52,495 nt of DNA, taken from assembly GCA_051294375.1 (NCBI GenBank), contig CM119265.1:17553520-17606014 (forward strand), in the 5' to 3' direction. The notes beneath the pieces are model-generated. The model saw only the letters and a list, made by a program, of their open reading frames with translations, did not search any database and had not been told where the DNA came from. Below, in pieces: positions 1-10,601 of the stretch (positions are counted from its first letter, which is position 1; the number at the start of each line of letters is the position of its first letter). Source of the stretch: Paraspadella gotoi (lineage: Eukaryota; Animalia; Chaetognatha). The position numbers and the translations under genes are program-made.

Positions 1-584
1 ATCAATCAATCAATCAATCAATCAGAGAGAGAGAAACTTTTAAAAATTCAAATCAATGAATCATTTGGTTTTCTAATTTAAACTCTTTTCCACTCCTACG
101 ATTCAATCAAAAATTTATATCCAGCCTAATCACATACTTTCCTATCCACACACAAAATTTCTTTTCGGTTTATTCGTCCAATTTTTAATAAATATAATAA
201 TTATAAGGAAATATAAGTAAAAATACTTCAAGTAAATTTGACTTTTATTTTTTCCATTTATACTTATTTTCACTCGCACGATTCCATCGAAACTTTATAT
301 CCAGCNNNNNNNNNNNNNNNNNNNNNNNNNNNNNNNNNNNNNNNNNNNNNNNNNNNNNNNNNNNNNNNNNNNNNNNNNNNNNNNNNNNNNNNNNNNNNNN
401 NNNNNNNNNNNNNNNNNNNNNNNNNNNNNNNNNNNNNNNNNNNNNNNNNNNNNNNNNNNNNNNNNNNNNNNNNNNNNNNNNNNNNNNNNNNNNNNNNCTG
501 ACGGATGGACGGACGGACGGACATCATTTCTTCTTAATTTATCATAATTCGATGATCTGATATGAAAAAAATGATTTACTGACA
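1..584 (+). repeat. Partial extra copy of the interior of the 779-2870 element
   Basis: 1-305 matches ~1450-1774 and ~33725-34033; 498-584 matches ~1890-1980. Confidence 0.75.
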
Positions 585-778
585 NNNNNNNNNNTGGTTC
601 AGGATGAAATTTGTTCTTTAATTTTGCCTTCGTATCTAATAGTCATTACAAAAGACGTAATACATTTGAATATTATAATTTATAGCTTCTTTCCCTTACT
701 ATGTATGAAACAGGTAAGCCTGAAAAATTCATGGTTGATTTTGACAATGCAGCGTTTTGGTTTCTTTTATTAACAAAT

Positions 779-2870
779 AACAAGTTTGAGCAAACTACAA
801 TAATTAAGCGGTAATAAGCTAATCCGAGGATAAATCACGTTAATTTCTTACTTTCAATTTGTGATATTAACAAATAATAACAAATCGTAACATAACAAAC
901 AGACTTCTTAATAAATCTATGAAAAATCTATAAATCAAATGATCTATCAATCATTACCAGTAGCTGGGCCAATACCAACTTGGTAATTTTGCATAATTCG
1001 GTCAACTTGCATATTTGGGGAACTGGCATAATTTGGTCAACAGGCATTATTTGGTCAACTTGCATAATATGGTCAACTGGCATAATTTGGTCAACAGGCA
1101 TAATTTGGTCATCTGGCATAATTTGGTCAACTTTATTTTTAAAATGTGGTCAACTGGCATAATTTGATCAACTGGCATTATGGCTAATTGTTCCAACTTT
1201 ATTTTTAAAATGTGTCACTGGCAATAATCTTGATCAAGCTGGCATTATTTTGTCAAACTGGACATAATTTTAATCAATCTGGGCAATTATTATAGGTCAA
1301 GACTTGCAGAATTTGGTTTGCACGTAAACTAGATTTGGTCCATCTGGCATAATTTGGTCAGATAAATCAATTCAATCAATCATCCTTTCAAACCAACGCA
1401 ATCTAAGTCAAGCCAATCATCAATCAATCAATGCAATCAAATCCAAGTCATCTAATCAATCAATCATTTCAGAGAGAGAGAACTTTTAAAATTCAAATTC
1501 AATGAATCATTTGGTTTTCCTAATTTAAACTTCGCTTTTTCCACTCCTAACGATTCAAATCAAAATTTATGTATCCAGCCTAATGCACATACTTTCCTAT
1601 CCACAACAGGTCAGGACAAAATTTTCTTTTCGGTTTATTCGTACCAATTTTTAAAATAAATATAATAATTATAGGAAATTAGAGTAATAAATACTTCAAG
1701 TAAATTTGACTGTTATTTTTTCCATTTCATACTTATTTTCAACTGCGACAATTCATCGAAACTTTATATCCAGCTGCAATCAGCACACTTTCCTAGCCCA
1801 CAAACAAAAATTTGCATTCCAATCGCATGCATACCAATCACGGTAATTGGAAGTTTAAAATGCTAGTAGCGGACGGACAGATAGGACGGACTGACGGATG
1901 GACGGATCGGACGGACATCATTTCTTCTATAGTTATTCATAATTCGATGAATCTGATATGAAAAATGATTTTACTGGAACAAANNNNNNNNNNNNNNNNN
2001 NNNNNNNNNNNNNNNNNNNNNNNNNNNNNNNNNNNNNNNNNNNNNNNNNNNNNNNNNNNNNNNNNNNNNNNNNNNNNNNNNNNNNNNNNNNNNNNNNNNN
2101 NNNNNNNNNNNNNNNNNNNNNNNNNNNNNNNNNNNNNNNNNNNNNNNNNNNNNNNNNNNNNNNNNNNNNNNNNNNNNNNNNNNNNNNNNNNNNNNNNNNN
2201 NNNNNNNNNNNNNNNNNNNNNNNNNNNNNNNNNNNNNNNNNNNNNNNNNNNNNNNNNNNNNNNNNNNNNNNNNNNNNNNNNNNNNNNNNNNNNNNNNNNN
2301 NNNNNNNNNNNNNNNNNNNNNNNNNNNNNNNNNNNNNNNNNNNNNNNNNNNNNNNNNNNNNNNNNNNNNNNNNNNNNNNNNNNNNNNNNNNNNNNNNNNN
2401 NNNNNNNNNNNNNNNNNNNNNNNNNNNNNNNNNNNNNNNNNNNNNNNNNNNNNNNNNNNNNNNNNNNNNNNNNNNNNNNNNNNNNNNNNNNNNNNNNNNN
2501 NNNNNNNNNNNNNNNNNNNNNNNNNNNNNNNNNNNNNNNNNNNNNNNNNNNNNNNNNNNNNNNNNNNNNNNNNNNNNNNNNNNNNNNNNNNNNNNNNNNN
2601 NNNNNNNNNNNNNNNNNNNNNNNNNNNNNNNNNNNNNNNNNNNNNNNNNNNNNNNNNNNNNNNNNNNNNNNNNNNNNNNNNNNNNNNNNNNNNNNNNNNN
2701 NNNNNNNNNNNNNNTTTTGTCAAACTGGACATAAATTTAACATCAACTGGGCAATTATTTAGTCAAGACTTGCAGAATCTGGTCACTGGATTTTGGGGTG
2801 GGACCGACGGACTGACAAAGTGAATTATCAAGCGGGAATCTGCTGATAAGCAGATCCGACTAAAAAAAAA
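779..2870 (+). mobile_element. Non-autonomous Helentron-like element (HINE/DINE-1 type) with internal tandem arrays; spans an N gap
   Basis: Starts AACAAGTTTGAGCAAAC and ends with hairpin ATCTGCT-gata-AGCAGAT plus CCGACTAAAAA. Internal 18-bp minisatellite, (ATCA)n and (GGAC)n-like tracts. The same termini recur at 7273-7806. Confidence 0.6.
975..1360. repeat. 18-bp minisatellite, consensus GGTCAACTGGCATAATTT
   Basis: Directly visible tandem units without unique spacers; second copy at ~33355-33645. Explains the IIWSTG repeat ORFs. Confidence 0.9.
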
Positions 2871-3015
2871 AGTAACAACGAAAATAAAGTTTTCTCGTTG
2901 GCGTCAAAGAAAGAACAACAATAATAAAAAAAAAGAAAAGCTAATGAGGTCAGTGAAATGACCTCAGTTCCGTTTATACATTAAATTAAATCAAGACCGA
3001 GTCGGTCGTCGTCAT

Positions 3016-4752
3016 TTACAATAAAATCGCTTCGGAATTCTCCAACGAATCAGACGGTAGGGATTTCCCTGTACCTTCGTCGATGTTGAGGACTCTCGTT
3101 GTTTCGATTCTCTGCTGATGAATCCTCGCTCGACCTCGAATTTCCCGAATTGCCAACGCGAGTTTAACTATCGCGAAGACGGATTCCGTCAACGCAGCGA
3201 TCGAGCCGACGCTGTCGATCGCCAACAAGACTTTACTTCCGGTTAATTCCGTTAAAGACTCGATCGAAACGACGAGATCGTAAATGGAAACCCCGACCAA
3301 AGCCAGCGAGGCGGGTAAAGGCAAAAGCAAACTCACGCCCATCGTTGTCAAATCCTTCTTCAAGCTCAACAAGGATCCGAAAGAAATCAGAATCAACGGA
3401 AGGACGATTTTCAAGCCCGCGTTGATACTGTTATTCTCGAAACAAATCGTGGAAACTATCGCGCTTATCAAAGCGACAACGATGACGAACAAGTGAAATA
3501 AACTTATGGCTTTAAACCGGTTGTCGTAAGTGTTGTCGTCGGTTGCCTCGTCGTTAGCGCTGTCGACAATAACGGCCGTATTCAGAGAACCTTCTTCTCC
3601 CGCGATGCTTTCATCCGCTGGAGTCCCAACCTTTCGCTGAAGATAGACGTTATCTTCTAATTTTTCAATGGAAGACGAATCCCCGTCACTCGCGTCGATG
3701 ATCGTTTTCCCGCGGATTTGTTTATAGTCAATTCTGCCTTTGATGTAGTTGACGGAGCTGTGGACGTTGACGCCGCTGTAAGTAACGCTGGCGCCGGGGC
3801 CGACGGCGGCCGCGGGGGAACTTTTACCGGGAAATATTTCGGATGGGTTCGTACCGTTTTCGTGCTGGAATTCGCCCGGCAAAGAAGACCCTGGAGGACC
3901 AGAAGGTTTTGATCCAACAGACATGTTTGCGGTGACGCTTCCCACCGTGACACAATCTTTCATTGTTGCGTCTTTTATTGTGAGACCCACACCATTTTCG
4001 TCTCGGTTTTCACTTTGAAGGGCGGCTCTTTCATCCTTGTCGGCGGGGTAGGCTTTTTCGCTGCTACCTTTACAACGCTCAACCCCGCCCGTAGTTCCGC
4101 CTGGACCCGTTTTGGTTAACCTCCCGGACGTCCATCCATCGGCTTTGACGACCGGTTTATTGAGCGGCGATTCGGCATGTCTGTTATACATGCTATCAGC
4201 CATGTGATCAGCCTTGCCGACCGCTCTTCCGTCTGCTTGCTCACCCGATATACTGGCATCACAGTCGTAGGCTCTCTCGGCAATCAAGCCGTCTGCTTTT
4301 TTCGAATCTTTATAGGCGGTCTTACTATCTGAATTGACAGTCCTAAAGTCAGCCTTTCCAGCCGCCCTGACGCCATCCCCGCGGACGCATGTGTCTTTAG
4401 CGTCGGGGCAGTCAAATCTCGCTCCAGTCACTTTCGAGGGAAACGAGAAACCGTGGAGAGAATGAGAGAGACAAAATATTTGACGCTGAAAATGTAAGTT
4501 CGCTTCGCGAATCTTTTCGTAATCCAGCGTTTGGAAGCCTTTGCCGAACGACTGCACCGCTTTGTCCGATATCGATTTTGGTTTTTCGTCGACGTCGTCG
4601 TCATCGCCGTCGCTATGGTCGTTGACGTCGCCGATTCCCTTCCTTTCGAGATCTTCCGTGACTAAACCGTCGTTATTTTTTGCTTCGTCTTCTTCGCCTA
4701 CGAACCCGACGAAGACTGGGCCTCCCAAGGAAAGGACGCGTCCGACCGTCAA
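3016..4752 (-). CDS. Last coding exon (exon 3) of ankyrin-like/pseudokinase-like/4TM protein
   Basis: 578-codon open frame ending in TAA. It starts exactly after an acceptor (minus strand ttcgaattcAG|TTG at 4753/4752), phase 0. Contains a kinase subdomain IX-like motif (DKAVQSFG vs KSDVWSFG), a long low-complexity linker and four hydrophobic segments (~3146-3517). Confidence 0.85.
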   Translation of the reverse strand: MTVGRVLSLGGPVFVGFVGEEDEAKNNDGLVTEDLERKGIGDVNDHSDGDDDDVDEKPKSISDKAVQSFGKGFQTLDYEKIREANLHFQRQIFCLSHSLHGFSFPSKVTGARFDCPDAKDTCVRGDGVRAAGKADFRTVNSDSKTAYKDSKKADGLIAERAYDCDASISGEQADGRAVGKADHMADSMYNRHAESPLNKPVVKADGWTSGRLTKTGPGGTTGGVERCKGSSEKAYPADKDERAALQSENRDENGVGLTIKDATMKDCVTVGSVTANMSVGSKPSGPPGSSLPGEFQHENGTNPSEIFPGKSSPAAAVGPGASVTYSGVNVHSSVNYIKGRIDYKQIRGKTIIDASDGDSSSIEKLEDNVYLQRKVGTPADESIAGEEGSLNTAVIVDSANDEATDDNTYDNRFKAISLFHLFVIVVALISAIVSTICFENNSINAGLKIVLPLILISFGSLLSLKKDLTTMGVSLLLPLPASLALVGVSIYDLVVSIESLTELTGSKVLLAIDSVGSIAALTESVFAIVKLALAIREIRGRARIHQQRIETTRVLNIDEGTGKSLPSDSLENSEAILL

Positions 4753-4918
4753 CTGAATTCGAACCCAAATTACTGCATATTAATCTATTAGTCTATCACC
4801 TTATATACTGAATGTTATTCCTTTTCTCTCTCTGGCGCTGATTCTAGAAAGCTACTAAATATATAACATGCTAATAAAGACAAAGTTAAGCTGCTTCTTC
4901 AAAGAGGGCGAGACTCAC
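4753..4918 (-). other. GT-AG intron 2 (166 bp)
   Basis: GTGAGT donor and TTCAG acceptor, AT-rich interior, in-frame join of two long ORFs. Confidence 0.85.
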
Positions 4919-6222
4919 CATTTTACCCTGAAGTTTCGAGCCTTGGGTCGCCATTGTCAGTCCACCTGGAGCGGAGGAAATCTGCGTTGAATTTATCGTA
5001 GATTCGTTGTCTGTCTTCTTCGATTTGGAAAGATCATTCTGCAAACCGTTCATAGGAAAACGAATCGTGTCGACGTCGAGTAAATCGACGGCGACCAACT
5101 TGAGGCAGACACGATTTTCTATCCTTTTCCCTCCTGCTCCCAACTGGCTCAGTCTCCGCTTCCAATCCGCTCCCGACTGGCTCTCTCTCCGCTTCCCATC
5201 CGCTCCCGACCCGCTCTCCGTCCGCTTCCACTCTGATTTTTTTCTACTCGATCTTCCCGCTGTGCTTCTTTCCCCATTTCCTTCCCTCTCGATCTGAATC
5301 GACAGTCTCGTCAATTTAGGACATCCAAGTCGTTCCGATAACCAGTGGCCCCCCGCCAAGAGTTGACGAGCCACGTCGAACTTGACACTCTGCTCGAAAC
5401 CCGAAGAAGATCCTCTCCGGCTCAAGCTGCCTGTCGACTGGAGATATTTCAAGAGATCGTCAACGTCTCCATCCGGGTCGAAGGTTGCGTCGCAGACCTC
5501 GGTGACGACGTAACCTCTGCCGTCGCTCTCGAAGTTTCCTAGATAATGGAGGAGGTTTTTTTGCGGAAAGTCGGCGTTGTCGTCGTCGTCAGGGGCGTGG
5601 CTGACGATCGTCGCGTCATCGAAGACCGCTGACGAGGCTGTCGACGACGATCTCGAAGAAGCACTGGACGAAGCCCGAGACGAGGACTTTGACATCGGCG
5701 ACGGCATCTCCGCGTTTCGTCGCCAAATTTTTCTCGACGCCGTCACGAGAAGTAGAAATTCGTCAAGATCTTCGAATTCGGTGACGGCGACAAAAGATTT
5801 GTTCAAATCGATCGTCGACTCGTCACAGACGTTATCCTCCAAGATATCTCCGATTTTGGATCTCGTTTCGTCGTCTCCAGCGACGCCGTTTATCCTTCCA
5901 CGATCGTTGACGACGCCATCTTTGTTCCCTTCGCCGGTGACACTAAAAAATGCCAAGAAGGTTGGGTTGACGGCGTCGAAATGGCCGCAGATTCGGTGGC
6001 GTCGATCGACGTGGACGAGAATATGGAAACCATCGTCGAGGCCGTCGTCGTCGTCGCCGTCTTCGAGACGGAATCCTGGGCAACGATCTACGAACAACTT
6101 GACGACGTCTCGTTGCTTCGTCTCTTCCGCGACTCGGAGGGCGTTTTGAAATCTCCCATTGGCGGAATCTCCATGGTCGGACTCGCGCCTTTGTCTGCCG
6201 GTAGCGTAGATATTTAACAACT
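4919..6222 (-). CDS. Exon 2 of the same gene: ankyrin-like repeat plus degenerate kinase N-lobe and part of C-lobe
   Basis: 434 full open codons. Acceptor ttgttttaAG|AG at 6223/6222 (phase 1) and canonical donor ATG|GTGAGT at 4919/4918 (phase 0, matching exon 3). Motifs: NALRVAEETKQRDVVKLF, VAVT, EFLLLVTASRKI, NLLHYLG, YVVTEVC, DLLKYLQ, VARQLLAGGHWL. Confidence 0.85.
5130..5232 (-). repeat. 33-bp (11 aa) coding tandem repeat, about 3 units
   Basis: WKRTESGSGAD / GKRRESQSGAD / WKRRLSQLGAG in exon 2. Confidence 0.85.
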
Positions 6223-6840
6223 CTTAAAACAAATGAAATGGTAAATGATAAGATGATGACCTTCCCATTGTATAAACATAAAAGAAAAAAAATATTCAAA
6301 AAAGAAATATTAAAAAATAGGATAAAGAAAAAATAAAATTTTCATTAAAGTATTTTAAAATTATATTCATGACATAATGGTGCCCCTAATAACCTTTCCC
6401 CAGTATGTATCCCTATCAGAACATACAATTCTACATGGTAGTCTTATCCCTATTGGTAAAAAATCATATATAACGTTGGCCCCCAAAAAAAATTATCCAT
6501 TCCCACCCCTTTCTGTTCAGCCTTTTAGATATTATGATTTTTCATTAATGACTTTCTAACAGAAATGATGTGTGATATCTATTAGAAAACTAGAACAGAT
6601 AGTAATATAACCTTGTGTTGTATAAATGCTTCCTCTATTTCCAGAGACAACATGACTTTCCTTTCCCAAATTGAATTAATTAGAATAAATACATTTTTAA
6701 AAAAGAAAGCAATATATATTTGTTTAAATAATAATACTAAATCCTCATAAAATATAAAAATAGAAAATAGTGAAACAAGTAATTTGCAAATTTGCATAAA
6801 AGAAACAACTGAGGTAATAATTGACAACTAGCTCGCTGAC
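6223..6840 (-). other. GT-AG intron 1 (618 bp)
   Basis: GTCAGC donor, T-rich tract plus AAG acceptor, AT-rich interior, phase-compatible. Confidence 0.6.
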
Positions 6841-6954
6841 CTAATAGCCGTTTAATTTGACGACACTTTTGTCGCGCCAGATAATTGTCTTTTCCAAGAC
6901 GTGCTTCCGTTCCCAAACCAGACATCGAAGCTTGGTGTGCAAGTCGTCGCTCAT
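6841..6954 (-). CDS. Probable first coding exon (exon 1) of the same gene
   Basis: Donor TTAG|GTCAGC at 6841/6840 is phase 1 and matches the exon 2 acceptor, giving ...QIKRLL-E-LLNIYATG. The ATG at 6925 is in frame in this copy. The ATG at 6954 (AAAAACATGA context) is in frame only with the 5-T run seen in copy 2 (4 T here). Confidence 0.6.
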   Translation of the reverse strand: MSDDLHTKLRCLVWERKHVLEKTIIWRDKSVVKLNGY

Positions 6955-7272
6955 GTTTTTTTTTTTTTGTGGCCAGAAACTTTTAAAACGTTTATAGATC
7001 TAGATATGAAGAATATTCTATCAGCTTGTATTGATTTCAAAAATTAAAGGAGTGGCGTTGTAAAACTTAAAAAAAAAAGTGAACAATTTAAGTTTCATTT
7101 TATCAAACTCTCCGCGGTTTGATTGCGATAAGATCGCGTATATGACGTAATGTTTTTCATTGGAAATCCCGAAAAGAAGTATTACTTTAAGTGCTTCGCA
7201 TCCAACGTTGACTTTTGACATTTTGAAAAAAGTAAATTGTTCATAAACAAATTGAAATTTTACAAGCCCTTA

Positions 7273-7806
7273 AACAAGTTTGAGCAAACAATGTCGGATC
7301 TGCCCACGATAATTAGCGGTAATTAATTAATATATTAATTAATTTGATCCGAAATATTTGTTTTTAGGACAAAAGCAACGACGTCGATGATGGCAACGAC
7401 GACATAATGCCGATAATGATTGACTTGATTGATTATTTATTAAATAATTTATTGAATAAAAAATTATTGCTTGGATAATTAACTAATAGATAAATAAATT
7501 GATTGATTAAATAGTTAATTGATTGATTAATTGACTGATTAATTAATAATTGATTAATTACTTGACTAATTGATTAATTAACTGATTTATTATTTGATTA
7601 ATTAATACATCTTGTATTTACATTTTTACATATTTACATTAATATAAAAAAATGCAGCATAATCAATTAGTGGAACAGGTTTTTTGTTTTTTTAATTTAA
7701 ACTCATTTCCACTCAGACGATTTCATAGTGAATTAATTAGTCGAGATCTGCTTATTCGATTAATTAATACTTCTTGTAGTTACATATAAGTAGATCGGAC
7801 TAAAAA
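7273..7806 (+). mobile_element. Second Helentron-like non-autonomous element of the same family
   Basis: 5' AACAAGTTTGAGCAAAC...GTCGGATCTGC and 3' GTAGATCGGACTAAAAA (subterminal inverted repeat). 3' inverted pair TAGTCGAGATCTGCTTAT / ATAAGTAGATCGGACTA. Internal (TTGATTAA)-like array ~7420-7605. Confidence 0.6.
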
Positions 7807-8021
7807 TTTCCGTTATTTTTAGGTCAAAATACTGAATGCCTTTAACGTGCTTTTAATCCTAAAATGATACAAGTTTAAAAAAAAAATGCAAGCAAAAATG
7901 ATATTGTTTTGATTTATAAAATATTTTTTCAAGTACCAAAATGTTATTAGTGCCGAGGTATCAGTTCAGTTTAAGACCTTGAGGCGATTTAAAAATATTG
8001 GCGCAGCCACTTGTTTTTTTT

Positions 8022-8230
8022 TGGCAACTACCATCGTTAAGTGTATTTCGTCCCTTTTCTTTATAGAAAAAAAAATGCATGACTAAAACAATTGCATGTA
8101 TTTCGGTAGAAAAAATCGACACATCTGATCTGACTGATTAATTAATAGTCTGATCTGATGAGTCAATTTTTTTTTCATCGTCATGCATTTTATTTTCTGT
8201 AAAGAAAAGGGGAGAAAGATTCAGTTGCCA
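8022..8230. mobile_element. Fold-back (palindromic) MITE-like element
   Basis: Arms TGGCAACT..TCCCTTTTCTTTATAGAAAAAAAAATGCATGAC and GTCATGCATTTTATTTTCTGTAAAGAAAAGGGG..AGTTGCCA are reverse complements, centred on GATTAATTAAT. Copy at ~39526-39740. Confidence 0.65.
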
Positions 8231-8348
8231 TTCTGAGTAATTTAATACAGATGACTTATATTTTTTTTTTTAAATCGAGATCCGTTCCCTGGCGAACCAA
8301 TCGAACAACAGAAACGCGAGTTGGAATTTTGATTTTTTTTATTTGTAA

Positions 8349-8349
<1 letters not shown>

Positions 8350-8444
<95 letters not shown>

Positions 8445-8640
8445 TTATTATTTTTTTTTATTGGCGAATTTTTTTTTAAACAGAAAAGCGAATTAAAATT
8501 ACTGGAATTACTCTCATTCCTAATTATTATGATTCTCATCATTATCACTATTATAATTATTACTACAATTATTATCATTATTACCATTATCACCACTAAT
8601 ACAACTACTATTATTATCACTATTACCATTATTATTACTT
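8350..8640. repeat. (ATT)n microsatellite followed by a degenerate ATT/ATC/ACT tract
   Basis: Directly visible; copy at ~39880-40230. Confidence 0.95.
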
Positions 8641-9885
8641 TTTTATACTAACAATATGAATTTTTAATCCTTAAATAAATTGGTCACTATTACTTTACAG
8701 TACAATTCGTCATGCAATATAGTTTATTTTATAACATCAACAATTACGCCGTTAAACACTAGACAAAATTGAAGGGGCTTTAACTAAAAGCCGCCACACC
8801 GGACGGCATCGCCGACACGCCGCCTCTTTGCCAGTCTAGAAGCGTTGGCTATGCAAATTCACATATTCATAAACGCATTCGTTTGGTGGCCGAAAGAAGA
8901 TGTTAAGGGAAAGTGGGAGACGAAGAAAGGGAACGACGACGACGAACGACGACGACGACACAGTCCTTTAATGCATCTAAAAAATGAGCAAGTAAACTGT
9001 TTGAAAATTGAGAGCTCTTTGACTAAAGGCTTTCATTTTTTCTCAGCTTAGTATTTAGAGTATTTCCTTCAATCTTTGCCAAAAAACAGAAAAAATAGAT
9101 AAAACTTTTAATTTGTCTTTTCTTTTATATTTTGTTTATTTATTGATTTATTTATTAGTTTTTTATTATTTATTCATTTATGTTGTTATCCTGTTTTTTC
9201 ATTTGGTTGTCTTATCTTCTTATTCCTCGTGCTTTTCTTAAATTCTCTTCAAAGTCAAGAACCCAAATGGATTTCTACGACCGCAATAATGTTGCGACGT
9301 TTCCATTTTCGAAATCGCGTCCCCTATTTTGCTTTTATTTCGCTCAAACCGAATCCGAGCTCAGAAATTCACGTTTTATAATTAAAAAATTCTTTTTACG
9401 CAAAGCAAGAACATAACCATTGTAAATTTCCCAGTCCATCAAAACCCCAGCAGACCGCAAAAAAAAATCATATTCTCGAATGATCACTGATCCATTCTTC
9501 TATTCTTCCTTTTTTTTCTCTCTCTTTTCTTTTTGTTCCCATTCGTTTAAGGTTTCGCAGATAAAAAGATTCTCTTTCCTTTTTTTTTTCTTTCCGAATT
9601 GAAACTCGAAACCGAAATATTTTTCTTTCTTTTTTCGATCGAGGAGAAAGCCAATAAGAAATAATCGGCGAACAGTGTACAACAGTGCCCAACAGAACAA
9701 CCATTAGAAAGATGAAAAATCGACATCGTCTTTTTTTTTTTATCGTCCGCCGATGAAAATCCAGTTTGCCTCTACGGCGGCGGTGGCGCAGTCGTCGACG
9801 TTTTCACGGTCGGTGACGTCGTCCTTGTCAACGCCCTAACGACGCCACTATTTCTTGATTTCCTTTTGTTTATGTTCCTTTATCG

Positions 9886-9890
<5 letters not shown>

Positions 9891-9969
<79 letters not shown>
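9891..9969. repeat. (GA)n microsatellite, representative of many
   Basis: Other GA/CT tracts at ~11855-11937, 12180-12300, 13280-13500, 13735-13835, 14920-15011, 16822-16902, 17190-17290, 17400-17490, 17820-17940, 22655-22732, 52290-52375 and their copies. Confidence 0.95.
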
Positions 9970-9972
<3 letters not shown>

Positions 9973-9993
9973 TCTTATTTCACACATATTTAC

Positions 9994-10601
9994 TAAGGCG
10001 TAGTGAAAGTTACATACGAAAATTTCTAAATGTCAATTATGAACAACATACCATCAGTGAAAATTAATTTTGTAAAAAAATTAATTTTATATTTTTTAAT
10101 TTTCGCAGTAGGCTATATTTATATATAGTACTATCTTATAAAATTGAAAAATTTCAAAATAGGCTTTTCTAATTTTGATTGCAGATTTGAATTCCTCGTC
10201 AAAAGTTATTAAAGAAAATATAAATCATTTTTAAAATTCTTTCATTAAGTGGGTTAAAAATTAAAAAAACTATATTTAATATATAAAAAAATAATTTTCA
10301 GCTTGAAATATAGCTTTTCTAATTTTTTGACCACTTAATGAAGGACATTTTTCAAAAAGAGTTATATTTCTTTTTATCAACTTTTTATGACGAATCCAAA
10401 TCTGCAAAAAATCTTAGAAAAAACTGTTTTGAAATTTTAACATTTAATTGGCTTAGTACTAGTATAAATATGGCCTACTGCGTAAATTGTAAAATTTATT
10501 ATAAATTTTTTTATTACATAAATGTTCATAGTATAATATTGTTCGTTCCTCACTTTTAGAATTTTAATAAAGTTCAATTTAAGAAATTTTACTACGCCTT
10601 A
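9994..10601. mobile_element. hAT-type MITE (608 bp) with TIRs and ~8-bp target-site duplication
   Basis: TIR TAAGGCGTAGTGAAAGTT...AATTTTACTACGCCTTA. Internal inverted repeats (CGCAGTAGGCTATATTTATA / TATAAATATGGCCTACTGCG). Flanks ATATTTAC (9986-9993) and ATATTAC (10602-10608). Empty site with a single ATATTTAC at 41232-41239. Confidence 0.85.

Noticed and set aside
975-1360. CRISPR-like array or repeat protein (IIWSTG)n
   Set aside because: 18-bp units are head-to-tail without unique spacers, there are no cas genes, and the array lies inside a eukaryotic repeat element.
238-2762. ORFs consisting mostly of X
   Set aside because: They are open only because they cross N gaps.
5950-6040. SH2-like stretch FHILVHVDRRHRICGHF between the ankyrin and kinase parts
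   Set aside because: No FLVRES-type motif; the similarity is too weak.
5007-6217. Plus-strand ORFs (96, 65, 190 and 78 aa)
   Set aside because: Antisense shadows of exon 2 in GC-rich, GAC/GTC-rich coding sequence.
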